A model generated the notes under the pieces. That model did no database searches. It was not told the DNA's origin and saw nothing but the letters and a program-made list of their open reading frames with translations. The position numbers were made by a program, and so were the translations under genes. Shown here piece by piece: positions 7,335 to 15,470 of a DNA stretch of 20,000 bases (the stretch's first letter is position 1; each line of letters opens with the position of its first letter). The stretch lies in IMG/VR virus record IMGVR_UViG_3300032046_001865, positions 52,729-72,728 of that record. One strand, given 5' to 3'. Origin of the DNA: an uncultured virus (IMG/VR IMGVR_UViG_3300032046_001865). Its lineage: Duplodnaviria > Heunggongvirae > Uroviricota > Caudoviricetes.

Positions 7335-9026
7335 TTGGGAGTTCCAAGCTCAGGACGTCGTCAGATAGTCGATCGCGCATCACCTAAAGGGCCCGAGATA
7401 CAAGAGTTGATCCGCGTGGCTAGGGATCCATCTTACTTCGCGAACAATTACTGCAAGATCCAGCACCCAAAACGTGGAACGATCCCGTTCAAGACGTTTC
7501 CGTTTCAGGATGATTGTTTACGTGCGTTCAAGAAGCACACGTTCAACATCATTCTCAAATCAAGGCAGCTCGGATTGTCAACTGTCGCAGCAGCGTACGC
7601 TGCTCACATGGCGCTCTTCGCGCGCGACAAGAACATCTTGGTCATCGCGACAAAGCTGTCCACCGCGAAGAACTTCATCAAGAAGGTTGTGAAGATCCTT
7701 GACAACCTCCCACCGTGGATGCGCATGTGCAACTACGACAAGAATCAGCAAGAAGTCAGGTTCGACAACGGATCGCAGATCAAAGCCGTTCCGACCACTG
7801 ACGACGCGGGTCGCTCAGAAGCGCTCTCGTTGCTCATCATCGACGAGGCCGCGATCATCCGCAACTTTGAGGAGATCTGGTCAGCGCTCTTCCCTACGCT
7901 GTCTGAAGGTGGTGGAGCCATCGTCCTCTCAACACCCAATGGTGTTGGTGGGCAGTACCACGATCTGTGGCTTGGAGCTGAGACAAACGGGTTAGGCCCT
8001 GATGCTGTTGGTGAGAACGGCTTTCACCCGATGTGTCTGCCGTGGCAGGTTCACCCTGAACACGGTGAAGAGTATTTCGAGAAGATGTCGAGGAAGCTCG
8101 GCCCTCGCAAGACAGCGCAAGAGCTGCTCTGCGACTTCCTGTCTTCTGGCGAGACGTTTCTCAAGGCAGTTACGACTAGTTGGATCAACCAGGAGCAACG
8201 AAGCCCAATATCAAGAGAAGGTCCTGAGGGGGCTGTTTGGGTGTGGAGTCTGCCGCAGCAAAATCACAAGTACTTGATCGCTGCTGACGTTGCGCGGGGA
8301 GACGCTCGCGACAACACGTCGTTCGTTGGGATTGACATGACGACGGGAGAGATGGCCTTCGAGTATGTTGGAAAGATCTACCCCGATGGGTTGGCCGAGG
8401 TGTTGGATTCGTACGGACGCAAGTACAACACGGCTTTAGTTGTGGTTGAAGCGAACACGTTCGGCAACCACACGCTCATCGATCTTCGAAAGCTACGTTA
8501 CCCGAACATCTTCTACCGCACCGCCCCAAAACACGCTGTGGAGAACCATTACCCAAGCGACAAAGACAAACACGGGTTCGACACCCAAACGGCAACACGA
8601 CACGACGCGCTCATTCGCTTCGAAGACAGCATGCGTTGTCACGTTGTCACCCCTCGCTCAAGTCGCTTCTACGACGAGGTCCAGTCTTTCGTCTGGATCG
8701 ATGAGAAACCACAAGCGAAGAAGGGTAAACACGACGACCTCGTCATGGCGATGGCGATCGCGTGCTGGGTGTACCGCACCTACTTCGAGGTGTATCGTCT
8801 CAGTTGCTGTGGACCCGACGGTCAGTTACGTGCCTCTGGTGTGAAACCGCTTTTCATGTACATGTCAAAGACGACAAAGACTTACAACCCAATCAAGCCA
8901 AACATTCTGCTCAGTCGTGACATCGATAAACAGCGTGACTCAAAGCTGCTTCTTGAAGAAAGACGTAAAAAATTGCCGTCTGGCGTCGAGCAGGAATTCG
9001 AAGAGTTCAAGTGGTTACGCAACTGA
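7335..9026 (+). CDS. terL: Terminase large subunit (T4 gp17-like)
   Basis: FPFQ Q-motif, Walker A KSRQLGLS, Walker B LIIDEAA, STPNG coupling motif, and nuclease motifs AADVARG and HDDLVMA. GAGGTG lies upstream of the TTG start. Confidence 0.95.
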   Translation: MGVPSSGRRQIVDRASPKGPEIQELIRVARDPSYFANNYCKIQHPKRGTIPFKTFPFQDDCLRAFKKHTFNIILKSRQLGLSTVAAAYAAHMALFARDKNILVIATKLSTAKNFIKKVVKILDNLPPWMRMCNYDKNQQEVRFDNGSQIKAVPTTDDAGRSEALSLLIIDEAAIIRNFEEIWSALFPTLSEGGGAIVLSTPNGVGGQYHDLWLGAETNGLGPDAVGENGFHPMCLPWQVHPEHGEEYFEKMSRKLGPRKTAQELLCDFLSSGETFLKAVTTSWINQEQRSPISREGPEGAVWVWSLPQQNHKYLIAADVARGDARDNTSFVGIDMTTGEMAFEYVGKIYPDGLAEVLDSYGRKYNTALVVVEANTFGNHTLIDLRKLRYPNIFYRTAPKHAVENHYPSDKDKHGFDTQTATRHDALIRFEDSMRCHVVTPRSSRFYDEVQSFVWIDEKPQAKKGKHDDLVMAMAIACWVYRTYFEVYRLSCCGPDGQLRASGVKPLFMYMSKTTKTYNPIKPNILLSRDIDKQRDSKLLLEERRKKLPSGVEQEFEEFKWLRN

Positions 9027-9059
9027 GGTCTGTCACTCAATAGTTACCACGAGATCCAC

Positions 9060-9497
9060 ATGGCAAACACCACTGAACAGAACGAGATGATCGAGCTTCG
9101 CCGCAGGGTTCGTGCCTGCATCAAAGAGACGGTTGGCACGCCCGGCGGCGCTGGGGTCGCTGGCGAGGTGATCTCCAACGAAACCGAGAAGCCGAAATCG
9201 TTGAACGTGTCGGTCAAACCCGATGCGACCATCCAATCCACGGTTGTCGACATCACGAAGTCGGCCGCGTACGGTCTTGAACGTTTGGAGCTGCTCAAGA
9301 AACGTGATTTCCCGACACATAGGTCGGCGAATGCAGTGAGCACAGCGCTTGACGCTCTCGAGATGATCTTCCAGGACATGCTCAAGAATCCGATGGGTTA
9401 CCTTGACGAGGATCCGACCGAGAAGGTTGCAGAGTACGAGAAGTCGCTTGACTCTGAAGAGGCAATGCTCTCAAAGGGATCGCCGGCGGCCTTCTGA
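9060..9497 (+). CDS. Hypothetical protein, possibly an internal head protein
   Basis: 145 aa ORF between terminase and portal with an N-terminal ELRRRVRACIKE helix. Confidence 0.65.
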   Translation: MANTTEQNEMIELRRRVRACIKETVGTPGGAGVAGEVISNETEKPKSLNVSVKPDATIQSTVVDITKSAAYGLERLELLKKRDFPTHRSANAVSTALDALEMIFQDMLKNPMGYLDEDPTEKVAEYEKSLDSEEAMLSKGSPAAF

Positions 9498-9520
9498 GTC
9501 GGCGTATCTTCTAGGTCAAC

Positions 9521-11584
9521 ATGGCTGATCGCAGAGGCAACCTTTTTGCACAGTTAACCCGACTCTTCAAATCTGGACCTATCGTCAAGAGGAAGGTCAA
9601 GTCGGCAAACACACGCATCGCACGCGCTGATCCCACTGGGATGAGCAGCGTCCTCCTTTTGTCGAAGACACAGGGAGTTGGGTTCAACGCGTCTCTCAAC
9701 GGTCAATACGGCGTTCAAGAACGCCAGTCACGCTTGCAAGACTACAACGAGATGGACGCGTACGCGCTAGTCAACGCTGCACTTGACATCTACGCAGATG
9801 AGTCTGTGGCACAGGATGCTAACGGAAAGACGCTCCACATCCACTCTGACAACCCGGCCATCAAGGAGAACCTTGAAGAGTTGTTCTACAACACGCTCAA
9901 CGCCGAGTTCAACCTACGGCCGTGGACACGCAATCTGTGTAAGTACGGTGACTTCTACCTGTACGTGGACGTTTCGCCTGAGTACGGAGTCATCAACGTC
10001 ATCCCGATACCAGTGAACGATCTCAACCGTGAGGAAGGTTACGACACCGCCGATCCGTTGGCTGTTCGCTTCCGTTGGACGAGCCTTGGAAACAAAGTTC
10101 TTGAGAATTGGGAGGTCGCGCACTTCCGATTGCTTGGCAACGACATGTACCTTCCGTACGGATCCTCCATGGTTGACGGTGGTCGTAGGTCGTGGCGACA
10201 GCTCGTCATGATCGAGGATGCGATGCTGGTCTACCGTGTGACGCGCGCCGTCGACAGACGTGTCTTCTACGTTGACGTTGGTGGTGTTGCTCCTGATGAG
10301 ATCGGCGCTTACATGGAAGCTGCCAAGATGAACATCAAAAGTCAGGCCATCGTCGATCAGGCGACTGGAAGAGTTGATCATCGATACGCTCCGCTCTCCA
10401 TCGAAGAGGATTACTGGGTCGCGACACGTGGCGGAGAAACTGGCACAAAGATCGACACGCTTCCCGCGGGTACAAACGTCGCTCACGTTGAAGACGTCGA
10501 GTACATCAAGAAGCAGCTCATCGCAGCGCTTAAAGTGCCAGCTGCTTACCTTGGGTACAACGATGCTATCCCAGGCTCGTCTGGGCTCGCGCAGGTTGAC
10601 ATCCGTTTCTCACGCACGGTCAATATGATCCAGCGAACGATCGTCAGTGAACTCAACAAGATCGCGATGATCCACCTTTACGCAGCGGGTTTCCGTGGCG
10701 AGGATCTAACCGACTTCGAGCTTAGCCTGAGCAACCCATCGACCATCGCACAGCAACAGAAACTTGAACTACTTCGTTCACGTTTCGAGATCGCCGGCAC
10801 AATGCCTATGAACGGTGAGACCCCGCTTATGAGCGAACGTTGGCTGTTCCGAAACGTCATTGGGTTGAATGATCAGGAGATCTTGCAGGTTCGACGTGAA
10901 CGTCTAGATGACGTTCGTGCGTCTGGTGCGCTTGAAGCAGCTGGAGCTCTTTCAGGTGGTGCTGGTGGTGAGGCAGGCGGCGAAGCTGAAGTTGGTGCAG
11001 AGGCTTCGGCTGGTGGTGAAGAAGCTGGCGGAGCCGAGGCAGGCGCGGCAGCACCCGGGCTTGAGACCGCCGCGGATGACAACCGCGGGCAAGGAGACAT
11101 TCTCACGGCGGTTGGATCACGTTTGAGAGAACAAGACGGCCCTGTCAAGATCTCGCCACACCTGAAGAACGCGATGTACAACCGTCGTCGCAACCTGAGA
11201 CGGCGAGGGGATGGCTTCCCCAAGATCAACGACCGTGCGCTCAACGGTGACACAGCTGTGCCGTCTAACCCTGGTCTCAAAGAAGCGTTCGAGGATCTCT
11301 ACGAGGAGACCATTGAGAGCATGCAAGGCGTGAACGTTGACGACAAAGACGAAAAGAAGATCTCGGTGTCTCCCACATTTGGCATGGTTGAACTTCGTAT
11401 GCTGCATGGCCTTGCGGCTCACAAAGGCATGTCTGCGCCCGAAACAACTCAATGGAGGGCAAATACGCCTGCTCGCATGCTGTCTGAACACCATGTGTCT
11501 AAGCTCGTTGTGCACGAGGCTGAGCAACCGGAATTGTTTGAGCTCTACGACACTGAAGATGACGACTCGGAGCCGACTACTTAA
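9521..11584 (+). CDS. Portal protein (T4 gp20-like) with a long low-complexity C-terminal extension
   Basis: AALDIYADE, KYGDFY, EDAMLVYRVTRA..RRVFYVDVG, EDYW...RGG..GTKIDTLPAG, ALKVP..YL and DIRFSRTV motifs. Confidence 0.95.
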   Translation: MADRRGNLFAQLTRLFKSGPIVKRKVKSANTRIARADPTGMSSVLLLSKTQGVGFNASLNGQYGVQERQSRLQDYNEMDAYALVNAALDIYADESVAQDANGKTLHIHSDNPAIKENLEELFYNTLNAEFNLRPWTRNLCKYGDFYLYVDVSPEYGVINVIPIPVNDLNREEGYDTADPLAVRFRWTSLGNKVLENWEVAHFRLLGNDMYLPYGSSMVDGGRRSWRQLVMIEDAMLVYRVTRAVDRRVFYVDVGGVAPDEIGAYMEAAKMNIKSQAIVDQATGRVDHRYAPLSIEEDYWVATRGGETGTKIDTLPAGTNVAHVEDVEYIKKQLIAALKVPAAYLGYNDAIPGSSGLAQVDIRFSRTVNMIQRTIVSELNKIAMIHLYAAGFRGEDLTDFELSLSNPSTIAQQQKLELLRSRFEIAGTMPMNGETPLMSERWLFRNVIGLNDQEILQVRRERLDDVRASGALEAAGALSGGAGGEAGGEAEVGAEASAGGEEAGGAEAGAAAPGLETAADDNRGQGDILTAVGSRLREQDGPVKISPHLKNAMYNRRRNLRRRGDGFPKINDRALNGDTAVPSNPGLKEAFEDLYEETIESMQGVNVDDKDEKKISVSPTFGMVELRMLHGLAAHKGMSAPETTQWRANTPARMLSEHHVSKLVVHEAEQPELFELYDTEDDDSEPTT

Positions 11585-12453
11585 TGGCTATGACAGCGCG
11601 ACGCCCCAACAAGAAGCGCAACTCTTTGCTTGCTTTCGAGTTCCTCACGAAAGAAGCATCGCGCCGAGTTGTGGCTGGTGACGATGAAGGCGCTGATCGT
11701 GTCATCACGCTCATCAAAGAATCGTTCGCGCCTGGCACCGAGCTACACCGTGAACTACGACTTGCACGTTCGCTCTGTGTCACGAGGGTGTCTTCATCGG
11801 CTGTCGCCGCACACATCCTCACAGAGGCGCGTGGCATCGTGAAATCCATCAACGCTTCAAAGCTTGATGTTGAGAAGACGATGCTCATCACACGCGTTGA
11901 ACGCGAGATCGACCCCACGGGGATCGTCTACGAGGAGCAACTCGCGAATTACCGTCTTCTGTCAACGATCGGGACGCTCATCTCAGATTGGCGCACCGGC
12001 TCAGATGATTTGCAACGGATCGCCTCCTACGAAGATCAGCTCATGGAGCATCTCACAGCAGCTGTCGTGGTCCCTGACGCCATCGACGATCAAACCGAGC
12101 GCATGTCAGCCGGCGAGCGTCGTGCTCTCATCGCGATCATGTCCCGTAAGCTGGAAGAGAAGTGGGGCGCTGCTCTGACGAAAGACCAGAAGTCGTTGCT
12201 TCGCGAGTACGTGCTTGCAAAAGAACCTGCGTCGTTACTGCAACGTTTACGCTCGATCCAAACCTCAGCCGTCAAATGTCTTGATGAGTGTCGGGCTCTG
12301 TCTGACAAGACCGATTACTTCATGGAACGACTCGATGATTCGAAGCGCGCTGTCGCGACGCATACGATCGATGAAGTCAACGATGAGACCGTGGGCCTTG
12401 GCCTGCTCTACCTCAAGCTTATCGCCGAGGCGGCGGAAGAGGAATCGCGATGA
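11584..12453 (+). CDS. Helical hypothetical protein between portal and prohead protease
   Basis: 289 aa ORF starting NKKRNSLLAFEFL, overlapping both neighbours. An alternative start is ATG 11590. Confidence 0.75.
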   Translation: MAMTARRPNKKRNSLLAFEFLTKEASRRVVAGDDEGADRVITLIKESFAPGTELHRELRLARSLCVTRVSSSAVAAHILTEARGIVKSINASKLDVEKTMLITRVEREIDPTGIVYEEQLANYRLLSTIGTLISDWRTGSDDLQRIASYEDQLMEHLTAAVVVPDAIDDQTERMSAGERRALIAIMSRKLEEKWGAALTKDQKSLLREYVLAKEPASLLQRLRSIQTSAVKCLDECRALSDKTDYFMERLDDSKRAVATHTIDEVNDETVGLGLLYLKLIAEAAEEESR

Positions 12454-13049
12454 ACGAGAAGAAGCTACTCACCAGCTTCCTTCCTCTCGATGTTGACGTC
12501 AAGTCAATCAAAGAGAACAGGGAGATGAACGGCGGAAAGATCGTCTTGCGTGGCATCATGCAACGCGCTGACGCTGTCAACCAGAACGGCCGCATCTACC
12601 CACGTTCGGTTCTTGAACGTGAAGTTGAGAACTACCAAAAGTTCATTCGTGAGCGTCGTGCACTCGGCGAGCTCGACCACCCCACGGCGAGCGTCGTGAA
12701 CCTGCAGAACGCTTCTCACCTTGTCACAGAGGTTCGCTGGGAAGCAGATGCAGTGATGGGTGTCATTGAGCTGCTCAACACCCCGATGGGTAAGATCGCG
12801 CAGAGCCTCGTTGAGGATGGTGTCAAGCTTGGCATCTCGTCTCGCGGCGTTGGCTCTACAAAGCCACACGGCGAGTACGACATGGTCGATGACGATTTCA
12901 TGCTGCTATGCTTTGACCTAGTTTCGGAACCTTCAACATCTGGAGCGTTCATGCTGCGTGAAGGACGTGTGGTCGACCCTCGCACCTTCATGAACAAGTC
13001 CGATCGGATCGATCGTGTCTTGACTGACATCCTCCGTCACAAGAAGTGA
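12450..13049 (+). CDS. Prohead core protein protease (T4 gp21-like)
   Basis: NQNGRIYP, ALGELDHP, SH, LLNTPMG, GISSRGVGS and FDLVSEPST motifs. Confidence 0.95.
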   Translation: MNEKKLLTSFLPLDVDVKSIKENREMNGGKIVLRGIMQRADAVNQNGRIYPRSVLEREVENYQKFIRERRALGELDHPTASVVNLQNASHLVTEVRWEADAVMGVIELLNTPMGKIAQSLVEDGVKLGISSRGVGSTKPHGEYDMVDDDFMLLCFDLVSEPSTSGAFMLREGRVVDPRTFMNKSDRIDRVLTDILRHKK

Positions 13050-13146
13050 CGTGGACGAAAATGTTCGACCGTTCGCGGACAGGTGCTGCGGAGGGTACGG
13101 ATCTACCCTAGAGATGCCTACCTAGACGACAAGGAACCCGATCTGC

Positions 13147-13569
13147 ATGAGCCTTAACAACGTCCGCCCTGGATTCAACGCCGCAGCCGAGTACATGGTT
13201 TCTGGCATCCCTCACGTTCTTAGCGGGTCGGCAACCGGTTCGGCTGCTGGGACAAAGATCGAGTTCGATTACGTCTCACGTGCCATCACTGTTGCGAACA
13301 ACGCGTCTGCTGGCACTGTGTTGCTCGTTGGTTTCACCAACAACGGCATCAACGGCACGAACTGCTTCCCGTTGGATGGCGGCAAGGTTCAACGTTTCGA
13401 GGTTCGTGTGCGTGACCTATGGCTCAAAGGCCAAGCTGGCACCAACGTCAACTTTGGTGTGCTTGCAGAACTCACAACCATCGAACGCATGTACGCGCTT
13501 CCCTTGACAGGATCTGCGGTGTCGCAGAACGAGCTCACCGGCTCGATCATCTGGCGCGGCGTCGGTTGA
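13147..13569 (+). CDS. Hypothetical beta-rich protein, probably a virion component
   Basis: 140 aa Gly/Ser/Thr/Asn-rich ORF in the head cluster with AAGGA upstream. Confidence 0.65.
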   Translation: MSLNNVRPGFNAAAEYMVSGIPHVLSGSATGSAAGTKIEFDYVSRAITVANNASAGTVLLVGFTNNGINGTNCFPLDGGKVQRFEVRVRDLWLKGQAGTNVNFGVLAELTTIERMYALPLTGSAVSQNELTGSIIWRGVG

Positions 13570-14048
13570 TCAGGCTTGTACGTCATCCCGACCCTCGCCT
13601 GAAGCAACCTTGTCGTGAGGTCTCTCTGTCTGAACAAGGTGAACTTCGCGCGTTCGTTGACGGCATGCTGGATGTCATGTACACTAACGAAGGCGTTGGT
13701 CTAGCCGCTCCACAGGTGGGATGGAACGTTCGCGTGATCATCATCGATCCTTCAAATGGCGAAGATGATAAAGCATGTCGCGTCATGATCAACCCGGTGT
13801 TGGTCAACGTCTCGCCAGCTAACGAGGAGTGTATGGAAGGTTGTCTCTCTTTACCGGGCGAGCTTTACAACGTTGAAAGACCTTGTTTCGCGTTAGCACG
13901 ATGGCAAGATCTTGAAGGGAAAAATCAAGAATCTTGGTTCTCTGGACCAGAGGCACGCATTTTTTTGCACGAACTTGATCACCTTTTGGGCAAGTTGATC
14001 AGTGATGTTGGAACGAGAGCTACACTTAAGCATCGTGAAGATCGGTAA
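13566..14048 (+). CDS. def: Peptide deformylase
   Basis: All three PDF motifs are present: GVGLAAPQVG, EGCLS and HELDH. The likely start is TTG 13566 (MIRLVRHPDPRL), overlapping the upstream TGA. Confidence 0.95.
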   Translation: MIRLVRHPDPRLKQPCREVSLSEQGELRAFVDGMLDVMYTNEGVGLAAPQVGWNVRVIIIDPSNGEDDKACRVMINPVLVNVSPANEECMEGCLSLPGELYNVERPCFALARWQDLEGKNQESWFSGPEARIFLHELDHLLGKLISDVGTRATLKHREDR

Positions 14049-14541
14049 ACAAGAGCTCAAGGCTCTAATCAAAGAGTGTCTCGTGGAGTTGCTGGCCGAA
14101 GGGCTTGGATCGAACCTGACCGAGTCAGTCAAGTCCGTTTCGCGTCAGGTTGGCCCACGTAACCGCGACGCTGAACCGCTGCCCGGCTCGATGAGACCAC
14201 AGCAGAACACAGTTCAACGTCAACGCTCTCCGCTTGATGAGAGAGTGATCCCTCGTCGCACGCCTGGCCCGCCACCTATTCCTGCAGAGATCAGTGCGAT
14301 CACACGCGATCCGGTGATGGCTGCCATCTTCGCCGACACAGCTCAGACAACGTTGCAGGAGCAAGCGCGTGGCGTGATGCCAGGTGACATGGCTGCGCAA
14401 GCTGCTGCACGTGCCGCTCCCGAACAGATGTTCGATGAAGCGACGATGGACAAGTGGAACAAGGCTGCGTTCCAAACTTCACGTCCTGGGCCCACTGGCG
14501 TCCCGCAATCGTTCATACAAGACCTGCTCAAAGGTGACTGA
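14035..14541 (+). CDS. Hypothetical Pro/Gln-rich protein, possibly an internal head protein
   Basis: The likely start is GTG 14035 (MKIGKQELKALIKECLVELLAEG). The ORF-track start at 14002 overlaps def more extensively. Confidence 0.7.
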   Translation: MKIGKQELKALIKECLVELLAEGLGSNLTESVKSVSRQVGPRNRDAEPLPGSMRPQQNTVQRQRSPLDERVIPRRTPGPPPIPAEISAITRDPVMAAIFADTAQTTLQEQARGVMPGDMAAQAAARAAPEQMFDEATMDKWNKAAFQTSRPGPTGVPQSFIQDLLKGD

Positions 14542-14604
14542 TGAGAGCAACTTCTGTCATGTCTCCACGAACCCAGTAGTTAACACGCGAGGCCCTACAA
14601 ACCA

Positions 14605-14877
14605 ATGAAGATTCGTTACAGCGTGCTCAAGAAGGTCGTTGTTGAGGAGATGATCAAGCTCGGTCTCCTTCCCTCTCTCACAGAAGCTGACGCAAAGAAG
14701 CTCAAGTCCGTCGAAGCCGAGAAGGGCGACGAGATCGAACCCGGCGACGAGGCAAACACTCTTGCTAAGAACGTCGACTTTGAGAAGGCTCTGAAGATCA
14801 AAGAAGCCAAGCTCCTTCGTGCGCTCGGCGAGACGCGTCAGCAGCTCAAGCGTTCGACCGCTCGTCGCAGCAAGTGA
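14605..14877 (+). CDS. Small hypothetical protein, possibly an internal head protein
   Basis: 90 aa charged helical ORF beginning MKIRYSVLKKVVVEE. Confidence 0.7.
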   Translation: MKIRYSVLKKVVVEEMIKLGLLPSLTEADAKKLKSVEAEKGDEIEPGDEANTLAKNVDFEKALKIKEAKLLRALGETRQQLKRSTARRSK

Positions 14878-14894
14878 TCTGAAGGGGAACGAAA

Positions 14895-15470
14895 ATGGCA
14901 GGACAGGCAAAGTACACGAACTACGCTCCGATTCAGAAGGACCTTACTTCTGGGGGCAGCACTCCGCCTTCCATGGGTAAGGCAAACTACACCCTTCTCA
15001 ACACGTTGTTCGGGACACGTCCTGATGCGATCCCTCTCACCAACAACGTGTCTGATCTCGAACCGATCATGAAAAGAGCAAACGATCTGCTCAACCCACC
15101 CGTCGCGGATACGTCTGCTGACCCTATGTGGTGGCCGAAGGGAGTCTACCTCAACTTCCTCAACCCTGCTGCTGGGATGTCTGCGCCTGACATACAGAAT
15201 CTCGACATCAGCAAAGTTGGCGACGGTGGACCTTCAACGCCGTACACACCCAACCTCACGTCCACCGACACGACTGGCGCCGGCAAGACCGATCCCGTTG
15301 CTGCCTACGTGATGACGACTGCGGAAATCCAACCAACACTTGCGATCGGTGCGGACAATGGCACAGCCAACCCGTCCGTCACGTCGCTCAACATGTTCCA
15401 GGGCAACAAGCTCGGCACCTCGACGCTGCTCCCTGGCTTTCGTCCTGGTAGGACGCTTCCGGAGAGGTGA
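14895..15470 (+). CDS. Hypothetical Pro/Thr/Gly-rich protein, probably structural
   Basis: 191 aa ORF with an AAGGGG SD-like sequence upstream. Confidence 0.7.
   Translation: MAGQAKYTNYAPIQKDLTSGGSTPPSMGKANYTLLNTLFGTRPDAIPLTNNVSDLEPIMKRANDLLNPPVADTSADPMWWPKGVYLNFLNPAAGMSAPDIQNLDISKVGDGGPSTPYTPNLTSTDTTGAGKTDPVAAYVMTTAEIQPTLAIGADNGTANPSVTSLNMFQGNKLGTSTLLPGFRPGRTLPER

Noticed and set aside
10950..11060. GGTGGT/GGCGG-rich repeat as a DNA repeat element
   Set aside because: Explained by Gly/Ala/Glu codons in the portal tail.
13419..13565. N-terminal extension of the peptide deformylase
   Set aside because: It overlaps the 13147..13569 gene; the PDF-like sequence starts at the TTGA junction.
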